This document shows positions 1 through 13,477 of a DNA stretch of 64,000 bases, piece by piece (position 1 is the first letter of the stretch; each line of letters opens with the position of its first letter). The notes under the pieces are model-generated. The model had not been told where the DNA came from and did no database searches. It worked only from the letters and a program-made list of their open reading frames with translations. A program made the translations under genes and the position numbers. This DNA is from Ruditapes philippinarum (taxonomy: Eukaryota): contig NW_026860906.1 of NCBI RefSeq assembly GCF_026571515.1, positions 1 to 64,000 on the forward strand, read 5' to 3'.

Positions 1-1221
1 ATTTAGATTTTATCATCACCTCTTCCTAGATTCATACTTTAGACGAAATATGCTTTTTAAATTGTCTCCGTGGTTGTAAAAGGAAAATCAAAAAGTGAAT
101 GATTCAAGTATATACATGTACATGTTGGCATTCGCACTACAACGCGCACGTATGGGATATGGTACTCCATCTATATTATTGTCTGGAGCATTACTTGAAA
201 AGAATCGAAAGGCAACTTAAAATATGAAAAGATGTTTACTTAAATTTGCAGCGTTCATCTGGGTAGCTATCTCCTTTTTTGTTGAATTTTTCACTTCTGT
301 TCTGTTTTAAGCAAAATTCTAGGATTATACAAGTACATGTAATTGATTTCAGAGTACAAATTTAACACGAATTAAGATTAATACAGATTTGGAAATCACA
401 TAGCCCAGAAAAAGGCATGTCCGATTTTTAATTCATCAGTCAGCAAGTCTGCTTCGTGTTCTCTTATCATCATATACTGAGTGAAGAATGACAGAATCTC
501 GCCTTCACAACTCACATCGTAAGCACAATTGTTTCAATTTCTAGTGTTATTATTGTGCGCTAGATAGGTAGATAGTTTTATTTTCTAGTGATTTTGATTT
601 CTTACTGCCGGATTTGTAGCTTTTTACCGTTTTTGTCGTTTTCTAAACGAAATCCATTTTTATGTATTAAGAAAGAACGCGGATGTGTTGAATAGGGCCA
701 ATTCTTAATGAATAGCTGACCTCAATTACATAAAAAGGAAGAGCAACATGTCAGTTTATAGTAGGAGATCTATTGTTCCAATGTAATGTATTGAACATTA
801 CTAGAATAATACTAGCATTACATAACAATTAATATAATACCACTAGCCACTTGTTTAACATTGACAATGTGTGGAATTTAACTGAAGTGTTTTTACAATC
901 AAATATCAGGGCGATATTAATTTTTATGTACAGAAAATTTTGATTTTTACGGCGTTTGCAACTATTAGTGTTAAGCATTTATACTGCGATATATAATGGC
1001 ACCAAACTAAGTAACTATCAATCTACTAATGCTTAAGATGATTGATTCTGATGTTAAAATCATAGTTAAAGTGTACTTTAATTCTAATTAATCACGCTTA
1101 CCAACATTGTAGCTTAAAATTTAGTATGTTTCATTTGTAAAACTTTACTAAACAAACACAATATGGTGTTAATAAAGAGTTGATATATTACAGTTAGCAT
1201 TATATACAATTTCTATTGCAG

Positions 1222-4200
1222 TTGAAAAACAACACAATACACATAAGCCAGGAAGATATAAAGCCACTGATTGCGAAAAGAAAGCACGCTTTAGCGGAAC
1301 TTGATGACAGAACAGCCGAATCCTTGCGCAAACTCGACGAGAAAGCATTTGATGTACTACATAAACTAGAGCAAGATGTTGACGACTTGAAACGTGCCGC
1401 TTTAACTGATGTTGAAAACGCTGGGACATCGACAAAGCAAAATATTTATGTAGAGAAACATGATGCAATATTTGACATTATCAGAGCAAGGGAACAAGCA
1501 AAGCAAAACATCTCCGATAATGCCACTGCAGGTGTATCTGACATAAACAAAGCCACTGAACAGGCAAAACAAGATATTTCACAGAAAGCTAACACAACTC
1601 GGAAACAGGCAAAACAAGACATTTCGGAGAAAGCTAATGATGGTATATCTGACATAAATACAGCTAAGGAACAAGCAACACAGGAGATCTATGAGAAAGC
1701 TACTGGTGGTGTTTGTGATATCAACACAGCTCGAGAACTAGCAAAACAAGACATTTCCTTCAAGGGTTCTGATGTTTTGTCTGACATAAACAGAGCTAGG
1801 GAACAGGCAAACCAAGACATTTATGAAAAAGGTACTGGTAGTGTGTGTGAGCTCAACAGAGCCCGGGAACAGGCAAAACAAGACATTGTTTTGAGTGCTA
1901 CTGATGGTTTATCTGACATAAAAATGGCCCGGGAACAGGCCAAACAAGATGTGTCTTTAAAAGTTATCAATGGTATATCCGACATAAACACAGTCCGGGA
2001 ACAATCAAAAGAATACATTGCTGGAAAGACCAATGATGGATTAAATAAAGTAAGCAATGCAGAGACAGAGGCAATTCAACATATTGCTAGACAAGCCACT
2101 GACACTATGTCTGAAGTAAAACAGGATATTGACATGCAAAAATGTGAAGTCATGTCTGATATTCGCATCGCTGGGGCACGGGTGAAACAAGACGTTTTAA
2201 CTGCCTTCAGCAAGGCAGAAACAGACACACAAGGCAATCATTTAGGTCGCACCAATGATGCCAGGTTTGATAAAAGCGAGGGCGTTATTTTAAAGGAATC
2301 CCTTTTCCAAAGAGGTTTTCGGCGTGTTAGAAATGTGTTCAGTTCTTCAAAATCAAAGCCGCACTTAAAGGTTTGTTTTTGTATAAATCATTAAAACCGC
2401 TTTGTTCTGAAGTTAAAGAAAATATCCATTGTGTTAGATTTATTTTTAATGCACATTATCTCAAGTAATAATTAAACACAATTAAGTGTATTGTCTATTA
2501 GAAGCATTGAGTTGATTTCTAACTAAAAACGGGAAAATATCGTTGTACATGTTGAAATGTATATGTAGCTAAAATGAAATGTCATTTCAGAAATATTATA
2601 GTACATTATTCTACATTTAAGTAATGATTTATTAATGATAAATTAATAACAGTGATGTGATGATATAACCAAACACGAACGGCAAATAGTCAAGAAACGT
2701 CAGAAATACATTAAAAGTCACACGTCTGTCACAGTTTGAAGATAAACTCGTTCATCACTACAGCAAATAAAATATTTCGTGAACACTCGATACCCACATA
2801 TTTCAACTTTACTTAAACAGTTTTTGCGCTCACCATAATAATATTCATTGCAAACAGAAGTTATGTATAGTCGTAGAAAAATGGATTTTGTTTGTCTTCG
2901 TCTGCTTTACAAATAGAGTGGCAAATCCCTTTTGAAATGAGATAAATTTTTGCTATTAATTATATTTATTTTATTCAATGTGGTCATATGTCTTTCTGAT
3001 ATTTGTGTGTTTATGTCTATCATGAAATTTCTTTTGGTGAGCCATAATAACTAATATTGATTATTAATCCAAATTATCACTGAATTAATATTTTCTCAAT
3101 GATACTCGTGTGTCAGCTATTCCATTTATATTCATTTAATTTTTCTATTTTGCATAAAATAAGTTAATAATTTTTTTATTATTATTATGTCTTAAATTTT
3201 CGCAGGTAGTACCGAAGCGATCCAGAGGATCATCATTCAGAGTTTCAGGTAATGAAATTCTTTTATCATAGTTTAAGTTAAAAGGCTGGAGAAAGTGTGA
3301 TTCCTCGGATGCATAAAAACTGTATAGCTACATGATAATTGCAGACTCGGTTTGATTGAGTCGGTACATGAGGGCTATTGAAAAAGCGGAGCATCCGTCA
3401 CGCCCCCTAACACCGGCTTGAGCGGTACTCAATTTTCAATGCTAAAAGTGATAGAATCAATGATCCCGAAAGACCAGAAAATATAAGAAGCCATACTTGT
3501 CGGCTATTTTTAACCTTAAGGAAAGTTTATCTTAAGTGATTATTTTAAAGATGTGTTCTTCTGTTTCTTAAGTTAAAACATAGTCGACGAATATGGCTGC
3601 TTTACTTCAGTGTTGTTGTATTTTTCTGCCCCTTAGGGATCATAGATTCAAGCACGTTTATGCTTAGGCCGATGCTGGGGGCGTGAGAGTAGATTCACGT
3701 TTTCATGACTTTAAAAAAAACTGAGTCTGCAATTGTTATATTATTTTGTTTTCTGTGCTTCCGAGGATCACCTTTTTTCCACAATAACTTTTAATTGTTT
3801 CCTGCATATTCTTATCTTTTTCTATCTTAGTAAGATTTTACTTTATATTTGCAAGATCTTTAATTTCTATTTCCATTATTTTATTCTGTTTTCATTTTTA
3901 TGGTTTAAAAAAATCATATAATAATGTATTTTTGTCTGTTTTTTGAAAATCCCATAATTACAGATATATATAAAAAATATGTGAAATGTCTTTTTTAAAG
4001 AACTTAAAGATGAACTAATTAGATGGTACAACACAAATCACAGTACAGTTCCTCTTTCACCACTCACAGATGATTGCGATACTCCTGTAGCTGGGTTCTA
4101 CATTTTGCCAGAAATTGACGTACACACACATCTCCCAGGCGGCAGGAAAGAAACAACTAGAGTCGCGTCGTTACATGACCTGTTTATATCCGATGTCAAT

Positions 4201-6621
4201 GTTCCCCGGGAAATATATTTATCAGCAGTAGCTGGATTTGGAAAAACGGCATTTTCTAAATACCTTACCATAGCGTGGTGCCAAGCCCATCAAAATAATG
4301 AAAACTATGTTTATTTTGAAGAAGAAGTAGTAAATGCTTTATCTGACTTTAGCTTTTTATTTCTGGTGTTCTTGAGAGATTCAACTGAGGTTTGTGATGT
4401 CGATGACATGATCGAACAACAAGTCATACAAAATCTTCCTTGTTCAAACAAAATGCCAAAAGGTCTTTTAAAGGACCTTTTACGTGATGAAAAATGCCTT
4501 GTTATATTGGATGGACTAGATGAATGGACTCATCCTGACAATGATTGTACAAGAATACCGAAAAGCATTCCTCATCGATATGCACGAGAAAAATGTGTAA
4601 TCTTAACAACAACCAGGCCATGGAAGCTTGGAGTCTCCAACTTGAAGACAAGTCAAATAGATAAAACAATAGAGTTAGTTGAATTCAACAAATACTATTC
4701 GAGGCAGTTTAAGATAAACGCTATAAAAATGTTGATAGGCAACATTAAAGAGGATAAACTTAGAAATAAGGTAAGCAGATTTGAAGAGCATATCAGAGAC
4801 AATGACCTTAAAGAGATGGAATCTACTCCTCTTCTTTTACTCTATCTTATATGTTTATGGCTCGGAAACGTTCCAATTGGAAATTCCACAGTTGGGCTGT
4901 ATACAGGCATCATTCAGCTTCTTCTTTCTAGAACAGAAAAAATACATGGCCAGTTTCATTCTTCCTGTTTAACGTTTTCAAGTAACGTCCCTGATTGCTT
5001 CAAAAACTATAAACATTGCTCTGGCTACTACATGTTTCTGGTGAGTTTAGGAAAACTAGCTTTTCACACATTATTAAGTAACAAAAAGGAGAACTCTCTG
5101 GTTTTTGATAATGATGTTGCTGAAAAATATCTGAACCAAGAAGATTTGAAATTAAGCAGTTTATCGGGAATTTTATCAGTAAATAAAGTAAAAACGTTGG
5201 TTAATGAGAATTTTAGAATCTCATTTGCACATAAAACGGTACAAGAATATTTTTTAGCTATTTATGTATGTTTTCAAAACACAAGTGAAGGTCAGGAAAT
5301 GATCTTGAAAGAATGCCATTGTTTACAAAATATTCTAGACATGTCGAAAGTATTTGTCTTTATCAGTAATATGAACCCTAAATTAATGTCTGCAATATCA
5401 AGCGAGTTGATGTCTGTGATAAATGATGATGAGAAAACAAACATTTACAGAACTATGACAGAATATCATTACGTGTATTCTGATCCATTACAAGACATAC
5501 AAGACATGTATATTTCATGTGCTAAAGAATGTCAAGGAAACGAAGACCTCAAATTGTGTCTACAAGATTTCTTTATTGATGGAAAATGTCTACAAGTAAA
5601 CTACTTCATTCAGTTGCAACATCTGTGTCAACAAAATAAAGGAAAAATAAAATCAGTTATGATTCACAACAAAGGTATTTGCAGTGTACAAGAAATTTGC
5701 AGTTTGTTCGAACTCTCTTATCTTCAAAATGTAGAGAAATTATGGTATAGGGGAGACATTCTAGAAGAGGAAATGATAAGCTTGATTTTGCACCCTTTAA
5801 AATGTATATCTGTATTATCTAGTAAATGGAAATATGATACATTTAAACACAATCTTTGCCCTCTATCTGGGGAGCTATATAGACGACTGGTAAAATTACC
5901 GCACCTGGAGTGTTTAAATCTATACTGTTTTACTATGACCCACGAGGTAATGGAGACATTGTTAAATTTCCTCACTAGTAAAAAATCAATGACACATATT
6001 GAATTAAGTCAGCTGTACTGTAGTGATCACGAGAATACTTCATGCAGGGGCTTTAACATTGACCTGTCACAACATTTACATCTGAAAGGTTTAGGATTGG
6101 ACAGTATCCCCGTGTCACAGTTTAAAATGAATGTATCGTTGTTAGAGAAATGTACTGTAGGTAACTTATATGAACCTGGCGTTGTGTCATCTTATCTCAG
6201 CAAACTCCCAGCAGCAAATAAACTACAAGTATTTAGGTGTTTCTCTTTGAAATCTTCAAGTCACATTGATACAATGTTACTCAAATTGCCCTTGTTACTT
6301 TATGTGAAAGATGTCTGGTTGGCAGGAATAAATCTTGATAAAAGATCAATAACACTGTCACCTGAAATGCGCAATTTAAAACTAGTGTTTTTAGATGGTT
6401 TTACAATGTCTTGTTCAGTGTTATATGATCTGCTTAAAGTTATAAACAGACTACCACAATCTGTAACAATAAGGATAGATGGTTGTTATATAAAAACAGA
6501 AAGAGAATTTCAAAGATTCAGAAGATTTGTCAAACTTTCGGACAAATTTCTTATCAACCATGATGGCACCACGAAGTCTCGAATGTACGGGTTTGAGTTT
6601 AAAACAGCTAAGTTGAAATAA
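1222..6621 (+). CDS. NACHT-domain (NLR-like STAND NTPase) protein, 5'-incomplete. Exons 1222-2370, 3206-3248, 4001-6621. Architecture: 22-aa repeat helical region, NACHT, degenerate LRR-like C-terminus
   Basis: Junctions ttgcag|1222, 2370|gtttgt, cgcag|3206, 3248|gtaatg and ttaaag|4001 join in frame (VVPKRSRGSSFRVS-ELKDELIRWY...). Walker A AVAGFGKT, Walker B LVILDGLDEW, sensor ILTTTRPW, TPLLL motif, winged-helix SFAHKTVQEYFLA. LRR-like segments such as LVKLPHLECLNL. The ORF-track starts at 1216 and 4105 are TTG codons, not real starts. Confidence 0.9.
1477..2115 (+). repeat. Coding tandem repeat, about 10 x 66 bp (22 aa, consensus near INxAREQAKQDIxxKAxxGxSD)
   Basis: Directly visible in the translation of 1216..2394. 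gacataaac...gaacaggcaaaacaagacatt recurs at 66-nt spacing, with one shortened unit. Confidence 0.9.
3340..3435 (+). repeat. Dispersed repeat family member (other copies near 30270-30365, 35065-35160, 39680-39740, 51190-51285)
   Basis: Shared motif tgcagactcggtttgattgagtc...cacgccccctaacaccggctt in both orientations. 34800-35200 and 50935-51320 are near-identical over about 400 bp. Confidence 0.75.
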
Positions 6622-7836
6622 AAAAGCGTGTAGAAACAATTTATTACATAAATAGTGACAATAGTGACGGATTATTTTAAAAAAATAAAAGGTTTGTGTT
6701 CAATTTCGATGGCACCAATAGGTCTTAAAGGGTACCACTTATTTTGTAAAAACTTGGTTTGAGTTGAAAACAAGAACAAACTTGAAATTAAATATAAAGC
6801 ATGTACGAGTATTTTCCTATTACAGAAATGTATTAAAATCTTGGAAATCCTTATTGCAATTGTTGTATTTGAATAAAAGAATATAAAGCTATGTTTTGAA
6901 TCTGCAATTCTTCTTTATTATTTGACAAGTTCAATTTTTTTCTTGAAATATCTGCCAGGTTTTAAATGAGACTATAATTCATACTGTGTTACCTGTCGTG
7001 TTGTCAAATTAATGTATAGAATGGTCATCCCCATTTATTTTTTTTAAATTTTTATTTTATTTTAGTTTTGTTGCCTAGGATCATTACTCTTATTTACATA
7101 AATACCTCTTTCGTTTTTGGGGAGGATAGTTGAGTTTCTATATAATGGCGACCCATGAATCAATAACTAATGAACAATTATAGCTTTCAACTTGAAAAAG
7201 GCCTATTTTGTTTTTGGCGCCAAAGATGAAGGTAAATATGTCATGGAATACGAAAAGTGTTTCGTTTTGATAAGTTAAGAAAAAATGTTCCCACATCCTT
7301 CAAACTTAAAAAAACTATTAAAGAAAACAAAAGACGTAATCCGAGATATAATGTTTTATATTTATGTTTCTGCGCCCGCAGATATGCTACCGTGTTTTTG
7401 GCTAATACATATCAACATCAAAACGTTCGATAATTCTTTTGCTATACGGGACTGGCATCCCCTTATACTAAACATGTATCCTCGTAGCAGTATTTGGCAG
7501 GAGTGTTCTTCTTAAGTGGATAAATAAACTATTCCTACTTGCATGATATAAATGAACTACAAATATGCAGTTATTTGTAAAGGATTATAGAATGGAGTGA
7601 ATATGGTGATATTTAATGTGTGCACACTTATAGGTGTTACGCTAGAAATTACTTTGATGTTGTTTGTCTAGATTAGTATATCAAATGTTGAATGTTGAGC
7701 TGAATGTCAATTTTTATGCTCAACATGGGAAATATTAAATGTCTAGCAATGTTGACAGCCTTTTTTGGATACCTTTGATGTTGAGTTGATGTTGTTTAGC
7801 TTTCAATATTAAAACTGGATATATATAACTAATTGT

Positions 7837-10506
7837 CACTGCGGTATACCGTACCCCGGATATTGCTCGATATAATGAGGACTTTCATTCCATTTCGCGA
7901 CTTTTAACGAGGAAAGAAGGTAAGTTCAGTGACGATATTTAGTAATTTTGAATTGGTTTGATATAAATTTTTTAGAAAAACAAATACTTCGATATTTTTC
8001 CTAGTTACTGAAAACCCAAACATATTGAAAAATAGCTTTGAAAGGTAATTAGGAGGTAAAATTCGTCTCTTTGCTCACGTGATAAATGAGCTCGGATCAG
8101 TCAAATTTGATGTTTTTGTGCATATACCTCCTTAAAAGAAACAATTGAATCGAGTGAAATGTGATAATGATGATAATATTTATGTTGTAAATGTTCAATC
8201 AACAATAGAACCTCAGATGACAGTGCATTTTGAGAATAAATACACATGTCAGTGTACCGAGTATTGCGTTGGATATACCCGCCGGTGTCACGAGTATATG
8301 TCCAGAATAGGCAGAGTTCGGGGTACTTTACTGGTCTGCGAATAATCCAGATTTTCATTCCTGCTCATGAAAAACCTCAGTCGAACAAACTCAGCAATTT
8401 TCTGTGTTTACAAAGTTCTCGTTGCTATCGAAGGATCAATCTGTCCAGAATTTGTTAATGATTATTGCATATCTTACTTTAAGTAGTAAAAAATGCATCC
8501 AAGGTGCATTAATGCTGCCTCAAGATTGTCAATAGTAGACGGTATTGAGCAAGCGTTTGTCACGGTTCAGAACTGTTCACTAATTCCCCGGACCCTTGGA
8601 ATACCGTATCGCAGCTCTATCGACTGAGCTATCCGGCCGCTTACACATTATCACCCCGAAATAGTGAACAGTTCTGAACCGTGACATGTGCTAATATCTA
8701 ATATCAACCGACTTCCTACTATGCCAAAAATCCATATAAAGGTAACTTTCTGTCATTTTGCACCTGCACTCTAGCAACGGCAGACCGTCTGCACGTGAAA
8801 TTTGTTACGTCATTAGCAATCAGTTACCGTATGGCTGCCGAGCGGGTACGGCTTAAAAAACCCGAATAATGGATTTTAATAAGATTATGATAAAGGGCAG
8901 CAGATGCAATAAAAAGGTTTTGTTCCTTATAACCTTTCATGTCATAAAGGCGTGTTTTGAAGGCTTTACCCCCACTCCTTTTGAGGCCTCAAATAGTGTA
9001 AAACATGCGCTATTTAGGCCCAAAACACTGGTTTTTTCGTTTGAAAAATGTTGTTCAAAAGAGTGATCACTTTTTCGGCGCCCCCTGCCCCCCCCCCTTT
9101 AAAGAGGTACATCAAGAATTTGCCAAAGGGGGATGTGTCCCCTTCTGTTTGAGGGTTTGAAGTGGGGCAGTAGAGAGAGAATTTGGGACTTGTGGGGGGC
9201 TAAAATGGCCTCAGGTCGATTTAAAGGTACCATGTTATCAACGCCGAAAAGCCTTATACTTTATCTCAATCAATTGAGAAGTTGCTGCACCTTGAAATCA
9301 GTTTTTTTATGGAAAAAAAAAACAACGCAAAATAGAGATTTTGGCAATTTTGAGACGTCCCCCCGTTGCCATGGTAACTGGCATGCTGTTCCACAGGCTA
9401 TGGTCCAGCCAACATCTGTGCCCAGTTTGATCAGTATTGGAATATTTTTATAGTTTCATAGCAGTTTGAACTTGTAACAGGAGTCTTAATTCAATGAAAA
9501 CAGCCATTTTTTGCTTTGCAATATGCTTTCGCAGTAAAATGTTAAGACGATACCGACATGCTTGGACGGCATAAGCCCGCGGGCCAATATTTTACTAAGT
9601 GTGTCGATATGTTTCTTAAGGCAAACTTGCCCTGTAAAAACCTATTATTAATGTCATCTAAATATGTTTTTTATTCTACTTCTTTTCAGAGATGGGTCTC
9701 CTTGATCACAGTTTCTTGAGCATGTATTTAAAGATTTTTATCGTCAATTTTGATGGTTCTACCCTGCTCCCGACCCTGCTTCCGACCCTGTACACACTTT
9801 ATTTCATCCATAGTGTGATTTTCAATCAAATGGGAAATATAATCTCTGTATTTGCCCGTAGAAAAAGAACAGTAATAACACTGAAAATGCATTGTTAAAT
9901 CTGAAATATTTGAATAAATATCATATAAACAATATATTATCATCAAAATAAAATGGGATCGATAAACAGACGTAAAAATAGACAAAAATATCGATTTTCA
10001 ATACTAATGTGCTCATTCTGTTTTGCAATACACTGTACACTTAAGTTGGGCTATTTTGCAATACTCTGTACACTTAAAATCAATACTCGGTACACTTTCT
10101 TGTATCTTTTTTGGCCTGTATCTTTTTGTCCTTTCACACTTTTTGCCTGAAATTTGGACAAAGCATACTTGGATTGTGAATAAAAAAATTGCTCGATTCA
10201 TTCTTTTTTATATTGGTAACATAATAATTTCTAACGATTCTACAGTATCGCGGTCAGTATTTTCTAGTGAACAGCGGATCGTTTAGGGGTAGTTTAATCA
10301 ATTTTACAAATACCTGTTATACTTTTATGTCTTTTAGAGCTACAAATATACCTCTAGATATATAAAACCCGTTTAGATAAATGAAATAGCCATTAGTTTG
10401 GAAAATATCGTCGCTGAACTTACCTTAGATCCCCGTTCAAAGTCGCGAAATGGGATGAAAGTCCTCATAATATGGAGCAATATCCGGGGTACGATATACC
10501 GCAGTG
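7837..10506. mobile_element. Non-autonomous DNA transposon, about 105-bp TIRs starting CACTGCGG, 5-bp TSD ATTGT (Transib-like signature)
   Basis: Left end cactgcggtataccgtaccccggatattgctc... matches the reverse complement of about 10403-10506. ATTGT at 7832-7836 and 10507-10511. No transposase recognised inside. Confidence 0.85.
8558..8686 (-). mobile_element. Short tRNA-derived element bounded by TGTCAC...GTGACA (related copies 32085-32219, 48199-48342, 48424-48530)
   Basis: 25-bp inverted ends tgtcacggttcagaactgttcacta. Internal ggccggatagctcagtcgatagagc resembles a tRNA 5' half with an A box. Confidence 0.7.
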
Positions 10507-10849
10507 ATTGTTGTAGGTGAAACTTCGCATTGCAATAATATTGAATGCTTACTAATACCGGATGTACATGCTGAGCTTTATCTAGCTCAAACATTCGTTT
10601 TGTAATTCTATTAAAAACTGAGGAATATTAAATGTTAAGCTGGATGTTAATTGCCTATCTCAAAAATTGAAATTATGAATATTTATGAAATGTATTAACA
10701 CACTCAACACTCGACTTTAAAATCAACGGGTCTGACAGCCTCCTCATGTAAAACAGTGGAAGTCAAATGCTTACCAATGGTATAGACTGAATTCAATAAA
10801 TGTCAAAAAAAGTTAACTATTAAGATTTTTGTGAATAAATTTTAAGGCA

Positions 10850-11420
10850 GTATTTGGTGTAGAAATGTAATTGGTGTTCAAAGACACATTTGAATTTTGA
10901 ACATTTTAGAATTATTAGAAACATACAATTTTAACTCTCTTAAAAACCTTGGTGAAAAATATTGAGATGACAATTATAGCATATTGGCGTACAAATATTA
11001 ACAGTGAAGTTGGTCATTCGGTGCGTGATAGAAACAAGTTGAGAACCTATAGACTGTATGAAACAAGTTATGAAACTGAAGAAATGTTAAGATGTTTTGT
11101 GTTTTTATCAAAAAGTTATAGATCTTGCCTTGGCGAATTTCGATGTGGCTTGCTCCAATAAGGCTAGAAAATGGAAGGAAAGAAAATATTCCAGAGTATT
11201 CACGATAATGTTCAAAATGTAAATTGATAACCGAATATGAGATTCACGTACTTCTTCAATGTTCTGTATAAACACATTTTTAGGCTTAAATTATCCACAA
11301 AAGTGATAGAAATAGATGGAAATTTAGTAATTTCAAACATTTCAACAAGGTAATATTCATATATGTCCTCTCCAACAAAGAAATTGACCAGGAGTTCGCA
11401 AAACCTGTCATGAAATACTA
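10850..11420 (+). mobile_element. Degenerate 3' end of a non-LTR retrotransposon ORF2 (CR1/L2-type)
   Basis: NKLRTYRLYETSYETEE...YRSCLGEFRCG, continuing past a frameshift as IRLENGR, resembles the C-terminal KLRTY...FRCG...LRIETGR region of invertebrate CR1/L2 ORF2. Stops and frameshifts present. Confidence 0.6.
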
Positions 11421-11450
11421 AAAGTAAAACAAAAGATGGATATACCAGTA

Positions 11451-12140
11451 CAGTCGACTCTCGTTATCTCGAAGTCATCGGGACCGTCGAAAAATATCGA
11501 GATAACGAAATGTCGAGATAAACATATTAGGGTTTGAGACATGTGCATACCTTATGTAAATTAAACTATGATATCCCCATGTCTTGATCTCATAGGCCTA
11601 GTCATTTTTAACAAAGTAACATTAGCGGATGTTTACCAGCGGGAATACGGGTGTCTGTGATAAAAACACATAGTAAGGTTTACTCAGTAATACATCAATA
11701 TAGTGAAAACATTGTTTTCAGGGTGGTTGATCCGGATATCCTCTCGGGTCTTTCTCGAGATTGTTCGACCGCTGATTGATTTGGTGGTGATGTTGTGAAA
11801 CAATATTGCAACGATGGCAACGTTTCTATACTTTCACTATTTCATTTACATTTAAAGTCATAATGAATTGATACAGCGTTCGAATATTTATAAAGAACAT
11901 AAAATTCACTCATTTTAGACATAAGTCAATCAACACGCTAAATAGATTAACTTGTATAAAAAAAAACAGCTCAACTTGTTACAAACATAATCATCATTAT
12001 GACACGCGCTATTGAGCAATTATCGTCTAGTTTGTGTCTTTCACACGTCTGAAGGGAACAGAGGAAGAAAACTATTAGTCGAGATAAACAAAGGATAATG
12101 GTGTAAAAATAACTGTTGGGGCTGAAATTTTACATCGAGA
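11451..12140. mobile_element. Tc1/mariner-pogo-type MITE remnant, right end missing
   Basis: Begins TA|cagtcgactctcgttatctcgaagtc, with repeated tcgagataa sub-motifs near both ends. Confidence 0.55.
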
Positions 12141-12685
12141 TACTAAAAATAATAAGATTTAAATTTAATTTTTAGTCTTTAGTCATTCTTTTTATATATT
12201 ATTTTATCGACATACGTTTCATTACATTTTACACGAAGATTGACAGGTATATTTATTTTAAATGCCATTATGCTGGTAGTACATCCCACGATAGTTGTTA
12301 CAATCATTACATTATAAGGTATCATCTGTCGAGTTACAGTGATCTTAATAAAACAATAACTACTTTCGAGGTAAACACTATTTAATTAGTTCATACCATA
12401 CTATCTCTAAATCAGGCAATTTCAGTTACACCCTATATAGTTAGAGCATTATTTCTTGCATATCAGATATGATTATCTACCGTTTACACTGATGCTAGAA
12501 AACCTGTCTTACAATCCCCATGTAAGACATGTCGACTGTTTTAGATAACGTCATTCCAATGCGCCTTTTATGAATGAATTGCGTTTCTTAGGATTAACAT
12601 ATTGTGCCGTTATGAATGAAGATGTGAATTAGTTTCGTAATTTCTTTTTTGTAAAATCAATAATTTGTAATATGTAAGAGAAAAG

Positions 12686-12832
12686 AATCAAACATCTGCT
12701 GCCGTTACATACCAGAATATCTAGCTCTCGGGTAACTGTTTAGAGGAAACTCAGCAGAACCTCGTTACCAACGTAAACAGTTATCTTCGTGCTTGATATT
12801 CTGGTCTGTACCGACAGCACGAGTAAGATTCT
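12686..12832. repeat. Imperfect foldback (MITE-like)
   Basis: tgctgccgttacataccagaatatc...taactgttta pairs with taaacagtta...gatattctggtctgtaccgacagca. Confidence 0.6.
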
Positions 12833-13477
12833 TATGATGTCGTATTACAAAGTTCTTTTTCATTTTACCTCATAGCCTTCCTTACTGCGAACATGTATAT
12901 GTGTGTTTTAACCTGAATACAAATACACATTTTTGCAAATACAACGAGAGCTCAGAGCTAAATATATATGGTTTACATTAAGTAGAACGACAAACATAAA
13001 CATGGATGAAACGTGTATTGATATTGAAATGAATCAAAGCATCAATAGATTCTCCAGGATTGTATGAATAAGTCAATAGAAAAACACCAATGAATGTCCT
13101 GTAGCTGAAATCAGAAACTTTGGTCCAGTGACGAAATCATCAATATTTAAAAGTTTACTCCTAGATTTTAATCATTTTAAATTTTAAACATTTTTTTCAA
13201 TCTTCTTGTTCTTGTTTATTTCTAGTTTGAAACAGTAAACATTAGAAACATAAATACATCTAGGCGATATATATAAGATAGGTGCAAGTTTGAAGGTTTA
13301 AGCAAATATACCGAAGAAATAGCTTTTATCAAAGTATAGTGAAAGTTAAGAAAAGCGGACCATGAGAATATCGGAACTCTCTAAATACCGAAAGTAAATT
13401 TACCCTCGGTCAGAAAGCCATCAGGTTTTCTCAACTCCACTGTATCATTTAAAACTTGAAATGAGTTTACTTTTAAT

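Noticed and set aside
1169-2057. Antisense ORFs over the NACHT repeat exon
   Set aside because: Shadows of a repetitive coding exon; no independent motifs.
7837-7880. Transposon ends as RAG recombination signal sequences
   Set aside because: Only the CAC start resembles the heptamer; no nonamer at 12 or 23 spacing and no RAG-like ORF seen.
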